From an uncultured Verrucomicrobiota bacterium (lineage in GTDB: Bacteria; Verrucomicrobiota; Kiritimatiellia; RFP12; UBA1067), in the NCBI GenBank assembly GCA_946613265.1, contig CAMOFK010000004.1, positions 17,399-81,398 of the forward strand: DNA of 64,000 nt, written 5' to 3'. Positions 26,746 to 36,014 of the stretch are shown in pieces. Position numbers and translations under genes: made by a program. The notes under the pieces were generated by a model. It had not been told where the DNA came from. It saw only the letters and a program-made list of their open reading frames with translations, and did not search any database. How positions within the stretch are numbered: the stretch's first letter is position 1; every line of letters begins with the position of its first letter.

Positions 26746-27987
26746 ATGAAGACAAAGAGGACGATACACGCGGTGATACCGGCGTTTCTGCTGGCGATAA
26801 GCGTCGGGCAGATTTACGCATTCACAGTATTCAGCGATCCGATAGCGCGAGCCATCGCGCCCGATGCGGAGACGGCGGCGGCGCTGCGCGCGCAAGTCCA
26901 GTTTGCATTCTCGCTTGGCATTTTCTTCCTCGGCATGGGCGCGGCGTTCTTCGGGAAGATCGTCGAGAAGAACATCAAGCTTTCGACGCTTGCCGGCTCC
27001 GGGCTTTTCCTCTCCGGGCTGCTGCTGACGGCGCTGGGCATAAAGATGAAATCGCTCGCGCTGATATACATCGGCTACGGCGCGCTGCTCGGGACGGGAA
27101 CGGGCATCATCTACATCTCGCCGGTGAAGACGATGATGCTGTGGTTCCCCAACGCGAAGGCTATCGCCGCCGCCGTGCCGATCATCTCCTTCGGGCTTGG
27201 CTCGTCGCTATGCACTCTGCTCTACAAAGGCTTCGGCGTTTCGTCGCGCCTCTTCACACTGCGCTTCGAAGGCTTCGAGGTTTTCCCGATCGCCACGGCG
27301 TTCACGGTCTTCGCGCTCTTCTACGCCTTCCCGATGGCCGCAGGCGCGATGCTGCTGAAAAAGCCGGCGATCGTCCAGACGACGTTCGCGCACACGCTGC
27401 CGCAGCTCGAATTCACATACCACGCGCTCGCCAAGGACACGTGGTTCCTGCGCGTCTGGCTTTTCATGTTCCTGAACATCTCCTGCGGCCTTTGCCTCAT
27501 ACCGCTGGCGAAACAGCTAATGGCCACCGTGCCTTCATACGGCGACGGCTTCACGACTTTCGTGCTGACGATGATGGGGCTGATGAATGGCGCCGGGCGC
27601 TTCCTCTTCGCCTGGTGGTCCGACAGGCTCGTGCATCGCGTCGATATCCTGCTTATCCTGCTGGGGATTTCCGCAGGCGTGATGGCGTGCTCGTTCGCGC
27701 CGGTGCTGCTGGCGATTTCGCTTATCGTGATTCCCGCATGCTACGGCGCCGGTTTCTCCGTCCTGCCCGCCGTACTCGCAGACCACTACGGAATGACGAA
27801 CATCTCGAAAATCCACGGCGCGGCGCTCTCGGCATGGGGCGTGGCGGGGCTTGTCGGCAACCAGATCGCCTTGCCGGTGTTCAAGACCTGGGGGCTTGCG
27901 GGCGTAGCGGTGCTGCTCGTCGCGGGATACGCCGTAAACGGCCTCAACTCCTGGAGCCTGAAATTCGCAGCCGGCGCGAAAAACTGA
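26746..27987 (+). CDS. MFS transporter (oxalate/formate antiporter-like family)
   Basis: About 12 hydrophobic segments. N-terminus VIPAFLLAISVGQIYAFTVFSDPI is typical of the OFA subfamily. Confidence 0.65.
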   Translation: MKTKRTIHAVIPAFLLAISVGQIYAFTVFSDPIARAIAPDAETAAALRAQVQFAFSLGIFFLGMGAAFFGKIVEKNIKLSTLAGSGLFLSGLLLTALGIKMKSLALIYIGYGALLGTGTGIIYISPVKTMMLWFPNAKAIAAAVPIISFGLGSSLCTLLYKGFGVSSRLFTLRFEGFEVFPIATAFTVFALFYAFPMAAGAMLLKKPAIVQTTFAHTLPQLEFTYHALAKDTWFLRVWLFMFLNISCGLCLIPLAKQLMATVPSYGDGFTTFVLTMMGLMNGAGRFLFAWWSDRLVHRVDILLILLGISAGVMACSFAPVLLAISLIVIPACYGAGFSVLPAVLADHYGMTNISKIHGAALSAWGVAGLVGNQIALPVFKTWGLAGVAVLLVAGYAVNGLNSWSLKFAAGAKN

Positions 27988-28033
27988 TCCGCCGGGCGAG
28001 CCGCGGGGAAAGGAACACGCTTCGATCGCGAAC

Positions 28034-28663
28034 ATGGGCAAGTTCATCACATTGGAAGGCGGGGAAGGCTGCGGAAAATCCACGCAGGCGGCAATCCTCG
28101 CCGACAGGCTGGAGAGCCTCGGTTTCACCGTCCGCCGCGTCCGCGAACCCGGCGGGACGAGACTCGCGGAACTCGTGCGCGGCCTGCTGAAGGACGAGCG
28201 CGAAGACCCGCCGTGCGATCGCGCAGAGCTTCTGCTTTTCCTGGCGGCGCGCGCGCAGCTCGTCGAAAAGGTCATACACCCGGCGCTCGCATCTGGCGAT
28301 TGGGTCGTCAGCGACCGCTTCAGCGACTCGACATTCGCCTACCAGGGCTACGGCAGGGGGATGGATCTCGACGTGATCAAGACGGCCAACGCCTTTGCGT
28401 GCGCCAATCTCGCGCCGGATTTGACGCTCCTCCTGGACGTCCCGCCGGACGTGGCGGCATCGCGCATGCGCCGCCGCGAACACGCCACGCAGACGGCGGC
28501 GGACAGGATCGAGCTTGCGGGCGAGCGCTTCCACGCCCGTCTTCGCGAAGGCTTCGAGGCGCTCGCCGCCGCCGAGCCAGGCAGGATAATCAAGATCGAC
28601 GCCGCCGGCCGCCCGGAAGACGTAGCGGAGGGGATATGGAACCAGGTGAAGCGTTTTCTCTGA
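28034..28663 (+). CDS. tmk: dTMP (thymidylate) kinase
   Basis: MGKFITLEGGEGCGKSTQ P-loop, DRFSDSTFAYQGYGRG. Confidence 0.9.
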   Translation: MGKFITLEGGEGCGKSTQAAILADRLESLGFTVRRVREPGGTRLAELVRGLLKDEREDPPCDRAELLLFLAARAQLVEKVIHPALASGDWVVSDRFSDSTFAYQGYGRGMDLDVIKTANAFACANLAPDLTLLLDVPPDVAASRMRRREHATQTAADRIELAGERFHARLREGFEALAAAEPGRIIKIDAAGRPEDVAEGIWNQVKRFL

Positions 28664-29451
28664 TAGCGCGCGCGATCGACGATGGCTGTGGCGCGCGCGG
28701 CTACCTTGTCGTCGGCGACGTCAAGGGCAATGCGATGGAGTTGACCGACCGCATCCTCGCGAAGCTCTTCCCGGGCGAGGAATACAAACTCGCGATGCAC
28801 GCGCACCCGGACGTGATTTTCCTCGAGCCGGAAGGCAAGAGCAGGACGATCAAAGTCGATGCCGTGCGCGACATTCTCCTCGCCGGGATGGCGAAGACCT
28901 CATACTCCGGAGGCTGGAAGGCGGGCGTAATCGTCGGCGCGGAGAGAATGCAGCCCGCCGCCGCCAACGCCTTTCTGAAGGATCTCGAAGAGCCGCGCCA
29001 GGACACGATCTACCTTCTGCTCACCGACAATCCCGGCGCGCTGCTGCCGACGGTCATATCGCGCTGCCAGCGAATCGATCTCCCCATGCCGGACGGCACG
29101 CTGCAGGGCGATCAGGCAAGGGCGATCGCCAAAATCTTCACCGCGCCGGGGATGGACAGCGTGTTCGCGCGCAGCCAGGCCGCGCTCGCGCTCGCCGCCA
29201 GACTCGACGCCCTCAAAAACGATGCCGAAGACGAGGACGTGCCGCTCGTGCGCAAGGCGTTTTTCGCGACGATCATGAAGCACGTCCGCGGCTGGATGGT
29301 CGAGGGGCGCGTGCCGCGCCATCTCGCCTTCCGCAATATCGAAGCCGTCGAAGAGGCGTATGCGCGCGTCGAACGCTTCCTCGGCGCGGACATGGCGCTT
29401 TCCTTCATGATGGACAAACTCGCTTTCCCGAAAGACGAAGCAGGGGAATAG
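28636..29451 (+). CDS. holB: DNA polymerase III subunit delta-prime
   Basis: AANAFLKDLEEPRQDTIYLLLTDNPGALLPTVISRCQRIDLP, and the classic tmk-holB adjacency. Overlaps tmk by 28 nt. The Walker A motif looks degenerate. Confidence 0.75.
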   Translation: MEPGEAFSLIARAIDDGCGARGYLVVGDVKGNAMELTDRILAKLFPGEEYKLAMHAHPDVIFLEPEGKSRTIKVDAVRDILLAGMAKTSYSGGWKAGVIVGAERMQPAAANAFLKDLEEPRQDTIYLLLTDNPGALLPTVISRCQRIDLPMPDGTLQGDQARAIAKIFTAPGMDSVFARSQAALALAARLDALKNDAEDEDVPLVRKAFFATIMKHVRGWMVEGRVPRHLAFRNIEAVEEAYARVERFLGADMALSFMMDKLAFPKDEAGE

Positions 29452-29523
29452 CCGCGCCCCTCCAAGATATAAATTGACTTGCACGCCGCAAAGCGAAGGC
29501 AAAAAACACGGAAGACCGACGCC

Positions 29524-30453
29524 ATGCGATTCTCCCTTTCGACGAACTGGTGCAACCGCGATACGGACGACGGCGAGCAAATCGCCGCCAAGGCGCTCGC
29601 CCTCGGCTTCGATTCCCTCGAACTCGGCTTCAGGACGACCCGCGAGCAAGTGCCCGGCATAAAGAAAATGCTTTCGCAGATCCCCGTCACGAGCGTTCAC
29701 GCCTTTTGCCCGGTGCCGCTCAGCGCTCCCTCGGGACATCCGGAGCTTTTCCAGCTCGCGAGCTTCTCTAAAGAGGAACGCGCGCTCGCACGTGCGCACG
29801 TATCGAATACAATCCGCTTCGCGGGCGAGATCGGCGCGACATGCGCCGTCCTGCACGCGGGGCGCGTCTGCTTCTCGTCGCTTTTCAGCATCATCGACTC
29901 CGCGCGCCTTCGCGACGTCTTGACGGCGTCAGGCAAGGACACCGCCGCGCCAGCCTACGCGAAGCTGCTCGCCAAGGCGCGGAAGATACGCGCGAAGCGC
30001 GGGCGCCGCCTCCTCGATCCATTCAAGAAAGAGCTGGAAATCCTGGCGCCTTTGCTGGAGAAGAATGGCGTCAAGCTCGCGTTTGAAAACCTCCCGTACC
30101 TCGAAGGCTTCCCGGACGAATCCGAAATCGAAGACATCCTCGGCGCATTCTCCGGCGGCCCCTTCCGCGCTTGGTTCGACACCGGACATCATCGCGTGCG
30201 CCGCTCGCACGCCTGGATCGTCGACGATTCCTTCCCACAGAAGACCGCCCTTTTCGCCGGCATGCATCTCAACGATGTAGTGGATTTAGACGACGACCAC
30301 TTCGCGCCAGGCTGCGGCAAAGTCGATTTCGCCGCCCTCGAACCTCTCGCGAAGGCCGTGGAGCATGTCGTTTTCGAGCCATGCTCCGCCGTCTCTCCAG
30401 ACGCCCTCGCCCAAGGTTTGGAATTGATCAAGAAACTCTATTCGCACGGCTGA
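29524..30453 (+). CDS. Sugar phosphate isomerase/epimerase (xylose isomerase-like TIM barrel)
   Basis: FDSLELGF, LAFENLPY, GMHLNDV and DFAALEPL motifs are typical of the AP_endonuc_2 fold. Confidence 0.6.
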   Translation: MRFSLSTNWCNRDTDDGEQIAAKALALGFDSLELGFRTTREQVPGIKKMLSQIPVTSVHAFCPVPLSAPSGHPELFQLASFSKEERALARAHVSNTIRFAGEIGATCAVLHAGRVCFSSLFSIIDSARLRDVLTASGKDTAAPAYAKLLAKARKIRAKRGRRLLDPFKKELEILAPLLEKNGVKLAFENLPYLEGFPDESEIEDILGAFSGGPFRAWFDTGHHRVRRSHAWIVDDSFPQKTALFAGMHLNDVVDLDDDHFAPGCGKVDFAALEPLAKAVEHVVFEPCSAVSPDALAQGLELIKKLYSHG

Positions 30454-30674
30454 AGGCAGAGCGCGGCAACTGCACGCGCGCCGGTTTCCCGCACGAGCCG
30501 CCGCCGGACGCATTGCACTTTCCATGACGCCCCTTTGCGCGTCCGGCCGAAGCCCCTCCGGACGTTTGCTCACTATTCTGCAATCTTTGCGCATTACCGA
30601 CACTATTGCGCAAGAATCGGCAATTTTGCCGCCCAAAAATCCCTGCACGGCACTTGCTTTGTGGCAAAGGGATT

Positions 30675-30683
30675 TGATATAAT
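30675..30683 (+). promoter_or_regulatory. Extended -10 promoter TGATATAAT upstream of the REC-PP2C-kinase gene
   Basis: TGA TATAAT, 27 nt before the ATG at 30711. Flanked upstream by the inverted repeat AAATCCCT (30637-44) / AGGGATTT (30668-75). Confidence 0.45.
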
Positions 30684-30710
30684 ATTCACCATCCGAACAA
30701 GAGACCGAGC

Positions 30711-32378
30711 ATGACAGACGCATACGGCAAAGCGCAAATCCTGGTGTTGGACGACGAGCGGCTGATTCGCATGACTTTGAGTGCGAAACTGCGCCTTATC
30801 GGCTACACTCCCGTCGCCGTCGGCACTATCGACGAAGCCCTCGCGATTTTGAACGATGGCGGGTACCGGCAATTCATGGCGGTCATCACGGATATTATGA
30901 TGGGTGGCATGGACGGCTTCGTGTTTCGCGACATTCTGCGCGGCATGGACGCCACGATGCCGATATTCTTCTTGACCGCGCTCGACCCGGAAGAAGGCGG
31001 AAGCTTCCTCAAAAAAATTATGGAGGACGCCAACAGCTACTATCTGCCGAAGGCCGTGCGCGCGGAAGTCCTGTTGAAGCGCGTACAGAGCATCGTCGCA
31101 AGCAGGCGCGTCGAGCAGTTCATCGACCGCCAGATGACGGAAGCCCGCCAAGCCATGACGCTCTCCGCGCAAGTCCAGCGCAGCATGCTGCCGCGCCGCG
31201 CGCTCATAACCGATCGCGGCTTCTACACGACATGGTGGCAGCCGAAGGATATCGTCTCCGGAGATCTCTACGAAGCCGTGCCATTCGGAAACGCATGCTA
31301 CCTCTACGTGCTTGGCGATATCCAGGGCCACGGCATAAGCGCATCCCTCGCCATGACGGCCGTGCAGGCGTTCCTGAAGCAGATGACGCACCGCGACGGC
31401 ACGCCGTCGATGGGGCCTGCGGTCATCGCCAACATGCTGCAGAAATTCTTCCGCGAAAGCCTCGCCGACATTTCCTACATGACCGCGCTCATCTGCATCC
31501 ACCGCGCGGAGAAAAACGAAGTCGAATGGCTGAGCTGCGGCGCGCCGGACCTGGAAGTCATCGATCCTCTCGACCCTAACTTCCCGCCGTCCAACCCGGA
31601 AAACCGCGGCGGCATGCCCATCGGCCTGCTCCCGGACACCGTTTACACGCAGGCGGACGTCGTCACCACAAAGCTCACGAACTCCGCCATTTGCGTTGCA
31701 TACACCGACGGCATCCTCGACCTCGCGCGCGATCCCGAAGGTCTGGAGCAGATGCCGGATTCGCAGCGCGAGCGCATCCGCGACGACCTCCTGATAGATG
31801 CGCGGCTAGACGGCTCGATCATCGCCTCGCCGTACAAATTCATGGAAGCGTGCCGCGCGTACGGCTACGACAACTACGCCGACGATGTCACCGAACTCGT
31901 CTTCGGCGCGCGCTTCATCAAGCCCGGCGTCTTCGAGGCCACCGTGCCGATCATCGCCGACGAGATCGACCGCCTTGCGCAGCGCCTCGCCGCCTGGTGC
32001 TCCGAACAGAATTGGGACATCGGCGCGGCCACGCGCACACAGCTCGTCTTCGAAGAGAAGATGATGAATCTCCACGACCACGGCTTCGACGAACACGAGC
32101 GCTTCCACGAAGTCGCGTGCGTGCGGCTGCGCCGCCGCGGCCCGTACGCCGAGCTTACGATCTGGGACTGCGGAACTCCGGACCCGAGCATCGAAGTCGC
32201 AGCGGGCAGCACCGATATAGCATTCAAACTCAAGAACCAGGAGTTCAGCGGGCGCGGACGCGGACGCCTCATGATCCGCGAAATCTGCAAAGGCATCGAG
32301 CGCAACCGCTACGGGACGCTCAACGAAACGATCTACAGCATCCCCATGGAAGAATCGACCCCCGGCGAGGGCGCGTAA
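30711..32378 (+). CDS. Response regulator with PP2C (SpoIIE) phosphatase and C-terminal anti-sigma-type Ser kinase (HATPase) domains (HsbR-like architecture)
   Basis: REC domain: ILVLDDERLIR...VITDIMMGGMDGF. PP2C domain: QRSMLP...DIVSGDLYE...YLYVLGDIQGHGISASL. C-terminus: GRGRGRLMIREICKGIE (RsbW/SpoIIAB-like G-box). Confidence 0.75.
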   Translation: MTDAYGKAQILVLDDERLIRMTLSAKLRLIGYTPVAVGTIDEALAILNDGGYRQFMAVITDIMMGGMDGFVFRDILRGMDATMPIFFLTALDPEEGGSFLKKIMEDANSYYLPKAVRAEVLLKRVQSIVASRRVEQFIDRQMTEARQAMTLSAQVQRSMLPRRALITDRGFYTTWWQPKDIVSGDLYEAVPFGNACYLYVLGDIQGHGISASLAMTAVQAFLKQMTHRDGTPSMGPAVIANMLQKFFRESLADISYMTALICIHRAEKNEVEWLSCGAPDLEVIDPLDPNFPPSNPENRGGMPIGLLPDTVYTQADVVTTKLTNSAICVAYTDGILDLARDPEGLEQMPDSQRERIRDDLLIDARLDGSIIASPYKFMEACRAYGYDNYADDVTELVFGARFIKPGVFEATVPIIADEIDRLAQRLAAWCSEQNWDIGAATRTQLVFEEKMMNLHDHGFDEHERFHEVACVRLRRRGPYAELTIWDCGTPDPSIEVAAGSTDIAFKLKNQEFSGRGRGRLMIREICKGIERNRYGTLNETIYSIPMEESTPGEGA

Positions 32379-32397
32379 GGGGCAAAGGAGGACTTTT

Positions 32398-32703
32398 ATG
32401 AAAAAAATATGCTCGGAGTTCCTGATGGAACAGTTTGGCGACGAGGACATCGTCAAGGAAATATACGACGAATACGTCAGATCGCTCCTCGAAAAAATCA
32501 CCGAAGCAAAGAATGCGCTTGCCGAAAGCGCATGGGTGCCGCTGGATCGCGTAGCACATGCCGTCAAAGGCAATGCGCTGGCCGCAGGCGACGCGCCCAT
32601 GGCGGAAGTGGCGGTCGCGCTGCGCGGCGCCGCAAAGCTCGCGAACGCGGACGACGCCGCTTCGCTTATCGCGCGCCTCGACGAGCTTTCGAAGGAACTA
32701 TAG
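32398..32703 (+). CDS. Histidine phosphotransfer (Hpt) protein
   Basis: 101 aa, four-helix-bundle size, with the VAHAVKGNALAAG (HxxKG) phospho-His motif. Confidence 0.75.
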   Translation: MKKICSEFLMEQFGDEDIVKEIYDEYVRSLLEKITEAKNALAESAWVPLDRVAHAVKGNALAAGDAPMAEVAVALRGAAKLANADDAASLIARLDELSKEL

Positions 32704-32791
32704 ACCGCGGCGCGCCGCGCAACGCCTGCATGCGAAGGTGGAAACGCCTTCGCGTTCCGCAGGCAGCAAGATAAAATCGCGTAGAGTTTCC

Positions 32792-33520
32792 ATGGAAAGT
32801 TTTCTGGCAAAATCGAAAGATGCCGATCTCGACACCCTGCTGAAAGAACTGGCCGCGCGTGCGCACGGCACGAAGCGCCGCAGTCTCCGCCTGAAGGCGT
32901 GGAGGTTCGCAGTGCGCTCCTCCTACGCTCTCAAGCGTCTTATCGACATCGTCGGCAGCGGCATAGGCATGCTGCTCCTCTCGCCCGTGTATCTGACGAT
33001 CGCGCTGGCGGTGAAACTGACTAGCCCTGGGCCGGTCATCTTCTCGCAGATTCGCGTCGGCTGCAACGGGCGGCATTTCAAGTTCTACAAATTCCGCAGC
33101 ATGCGCCAGGACGCCGAAGCCCTGAAGGAATCGCTCAAGGCGCAGAACGAATCCAAGGACGGCGTGATTTTCAAGATGAAAGACGATCCGCGGATCACGA
33201 AAGTCGGCAAGTTCCTGCGCCGCACCAGCCTCGACGAACTTCCGCAGCTCTGGAACGTGTTCATCGGCGACATGAGCCTCGTCGGGCCGCGTCCGCCCGT
33301 CCCGAAGGAAGTGGAGGAATACACTCTCGAAGACCGCAAGCGCCTGAATGTCGTGCCGGGGATAACGTGTCTCTGGCAGATCAAGGGCAGGAGCGAAATC
33401 CCCTTCAACGAGCAAGTCCGCCTCGACAAAGAATACATCATGGCTTCGAGCATCTGGAAAGATATTGTCATACTCTTGAAAACCGTGCCCGCGATCATCG
33501 GCGGCAAAGGAGCCTATTGA
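32792..33520 (+). CDS. Polyprenyl-phosphate sugar phosphotransferase (bacterial sugar transferase, WbaP/EpsL-like priming enzyme)
   Basis: [64 protein letters not shown]. Confidence 0.85.
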   Translation: MESFLAKSKDADLDTLLKELAARAHGTKRRSLRLKAWRFAVRSSYALKRLIDIVGSGIGMLLLSPVYLTIALAVKLTSPGPVIFSQIRVGCNGRHFKFYKFRSMRQDAEALKESLKAQNESKDGVIFKMKDDPRITKVGKFLRRTSLDELPQLWNVFIGDMSLVGPRPPVPKEVEEYTLEDRKRLNVVPGITCLWQIKGRSEIPFNEQVRLDKEYIMASSIWKDIVILLKTVPAIIGGKGAY

Positions 33521-33564
33521 AGACGCGCGCCGCTTCCAGCGATTTGATTTTCGACCGTCAGCAA

Positions 33565-34494
33565 ATGAAGAACGCGATATACGTACCTGCCGTAGCGGCA
33601 TCGGAATGGATCCGCGAAATCCTGCCGAATCTCGGCCAGGCCCAACTCCCCATCGCAGGCAAGCGGCTGGTGGATTTCAGCATCGAGCAGGCGCAGCGCG
33701 GCGGCGTCAATATCGCCGAAGTCCTCGACTGGCACTGGTCGGAGGCGATACACAAGGATTTCGCGGACTTGACGCATTGCGCCATTCCCGTATTCTACGC
33801 GAAGGGCGAAGGCCCCGTGCCGCGCGGCCTCGACGATCTCGAGAAAGTGTCCTCGCCGCTCACGCAATCGATCGACGACGGCCTTTACGTCGTCTGGGGG
33901 ATGTATCTTTGGCACGGCGACCTCGCCGATGGCCAGAAGCTCGAGCTGCTGACGCCGGAAGAATGCGCCGACACCCCGCAAGGCGTTTACAAGCGCATCG
34001 ACGGCAAGTGGATGCGCATCATCCACGACGCTATAGACATCCGCGACGTCAAGTCGTGGCACGCTGCGAATCTCACGATTCTCCACGAGCCGGGAGATTT
34101 CACGCTGCCGGGGTATTCGGCGGAGCGCGACGTCCATCTCGGGAGGAATGTCGTGCTGGAGCATGGCGTGGACGCCAAGCCGCCGGTTCTTATGCAGGAT
34201 GGATCGTGGTGCGCGCGCAATGTCGAACTAGCCGGGGATGTGATAGTCGGCAACGGCTCTTTCATCGGCGAAGGCGCGCGGCTGCGCCGCACGGTCGTCG
34301 GCGACGACACGTACATCGGCCTCGGCCTCGAACTCGTAGATAAAATCGTGATCGGCCAGCGTATCATCGACGTGCAGACGGGCGCGTGGATGGACGTGGA
34401 AGAGCCGGGACTCGCGCGCAGAATCGGCGGCGCGTGGGGATGGCTGCGCAAACTCCTCGATTTCCTCCACGGCAAATCCAAAGGCAGGAAATGA
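33565..34494 (+). CDS. Nucleotidyltransferase-like / left-handed beta-helix (hexapeptide repeat) protein
   Basis: N-terminus LPIAGKRLVDFSIEQ resembles sugar-1-P nucleotidyltransferases but lacks a clear GxGTR loop. The C-terminus has hexapeptide repeats (VIVGNGSFIGEGARLRRTVVGDDTYIGLG). Confidence 0.5.
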   Translation: MKNAIYVPAVAASEWIREILPNLGQAQLPIAGKRLVDFSIEQAQRGGVNIAEVLDWHWSEAIHKDFADLTHCAIPVFYAKGEGPVPRGLDDLEKVSSPLTQSIDDGLYVVWGMYLWHGDLADGQKLELLTPEECADTPQGVYKRIDGKWMRIIHDAIDIRDVKSWHAANLTILHEPGDFTLPGYSAERDVHLGRNVVLEHGVDAKPPVLMQDGSWCARNVELAGDVIVGNGSFIGEGARLRRTVVGDDTYIGLGLELVDKIVIGQRIIDVQTGAWMDVEEPGLARRIGGAWGWLRKLLDFLHGKSKGRK

Positions 34495-34575
34495 GAAAAC
34501 CGCCCTTCCTGACCGCCGCGGAAAACAAACCGCCTTTTCTCGAAAACTTGATATAGCAAACGCCGGAAAACGAAA

Positions 34576-35508
34576 ATGCCACGCACCTACGCATACAACG
34601 CTCCGCAAGTCGATGCGTCGATCGAAGAGGCTCTTCGCGCCATAGGCGAGGAGCTTGAAGCCGCGCGCATCCCGATGCTCGCAGGCGTCGTCCTCGGCGG
34701 CGGCTACGGGCGCGGCGAAGGTGGAGTCATCGACGGCCGCCTCAGCAACGATCTCGATTTTTACGTCGTGACGTGCGAAGGCGCGAGCGCCGCAGACATC
34801 GCCGCCATTTCCGGAATGCTCGAGCCGATTTCGAAGAAGTGGACGGCGCGTCTCGGCGTCGATGTCGATTTCTGCCCGCCGAAGACGCCGTGGCGCTTGA
34901 AGCACGACGAGAAGCGCGTGATGATCCAGGAGCTTGTGCACGGCTACGTGGATGTCGCCGGAAACAAGGGAGAGGAACTTTTCAAGCATATCGAGCGCCG
35001 CGAGCCTTCCGCCTTCCCGTGGGACGAAGCCGCGCGGCTTCTCGCCAACCGCGGCGCCGGTCTTCTGCTGGCGCAGGAAAAAACGCGCGGCGCGAACTTC
35101 ACGGCCCGCAACATCAACAAAGCCGTACTCGGCGCCGGCGATGCGAGACTGATCGCCCGCCATGCCTACGAATGGGCGGCCAAGGATCGCGCGCGCGCCC
35201 TCGGCGACGCACTGTATTCAAAAGCGCTGGAATGGAAATTCCGCCCGCGCAGCGAGCCTGTATGCTCGTGGGAAGAGGCCCGCACCGCGTGGATGGACGC
35301 GCTGGCGGAAATCTCCGCGGCTCCGGAAGCGGCGCGGCGCTCGCTCTACCAGGCCGTGCGCTGGATCGTGCGGCGCAGGACGCTCGGGAACCTCGCAACG
35401 CTGGGACAGGAGCCGGTCGCGAGAATCGCCGCGGCTATGCGCAAGCCGCTAGCCGCCGCCGCGCCGTTCCCGCCGGCGCTGAAGCGCGATTGGGAAATCT
35501 TCAACTGA
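34576..35508 (+). CDS. Pol-beta-superfamily nucleotidyltransferase-fold protein, function unknown
   Basis: GGGYGRGEG...SNDLDFYVV (G-G/S ... DxD) motif, followed by a helical C-terminal region. Confidence 0.4.
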   Translation: MPRTYAYNAPQVDASIEEALRAIGEELEAARIPMLAGVVLGGGYGRGEGGVIDGRLSNDLDFYVVTCEGASAADIAAISGMLEPISKKWTARLGVDVDFCPPKTPWRLKHDEKRVMIQELVHGYVDVAGNKGEELFKHIERREPSAFPWDEAARLLANRGAGLLLAQEKTRGANFTARNINKAVLGAGDARLIARHAYEWAAKDRARALGDALYSKALEWKFRPRSEPVCSWEEARTAWMDALAEISAAPEAARRSLYQAVRWIVRRRTLGNLATLGQEPVARIAAAMRKPLAAAAPFPPALKRDWEIFN

Positions 35509-35583
35509 ACGAACGGACGAAGACGCAGGCATAATCACCGCATCTGAACAAACAAATGCAATTTCAAGAAAGGAAAAATCGAA

Positions 35584-35907
35584 ATGACATACGATATAAC
35601 TGAAGAAGGAAACGTGCTCAAAGTCGCTATCGACGGCCGCCTGGTGGCCGCCGGCGCCCCAATGCTACGCGATGACATCCTCGGGCGCATGCGCGCCGGG
35701 CTGAACGTCCTCTTCGACCTCAGCAAGATGATCCACATCGATTCAAGCGGCCTCGGCGTTCTCGTCCAGATCTTGCAGAAGGCGAAGGCGAACGGCGCGA
35801 AAGTCATCCTCGCAGAACTCCAGCCGGGACCGAAGATCGTCTTCGACATAACCAAGGTGAGCCGCGTTTTCGAGATCGTGCCCACCGTCGCCGACGCAAA
35901 ATTCTGA
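35584..35907 (+). CDS. STAS-domain anti-sigma-factor antagonist (SpoIIAA/RsbV/HsbA-like)
   Basis: 107 aa. DLSKMIHIDSSGLGVLVQILQKAK carries the conserved phosphorylatable Ser context (DSSGL). Confidence 0.8.
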   Translation: MTYDITEEGNVLKVAIDGRLVAAGAPMLRDDILGRMRAGLNVLFDLSKMIHIDSSGLGVLVQILQKAKANGAKVILAELQPGPKIVFDITKVSRVFEIVPTVADAKF

Positions 35908-35911
35908 GTTC

Positions 35912-35959
35912 GCGTGCCCCCGGCGCGGCCGCGCGGTCTCGCCGGGGAGGCGCGCACGC
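35912..35959 (+). repeat. GC-rich interrupted hairpin between the STAS gene and the hybrid kinase gene
   Basis: GCGTGC-CCCCGGCG [14-nt loop] CGCCGGGG-(AGGCGC bulge)-GCACGC. No U-tract. Confidence 0.55.
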
Positions 35960-36014
35960 ATTGCCTGATCAGCAAGACGGGAGTTTCGCCAGTCTCCCGC
36001 AACGCCAAAGAAAA

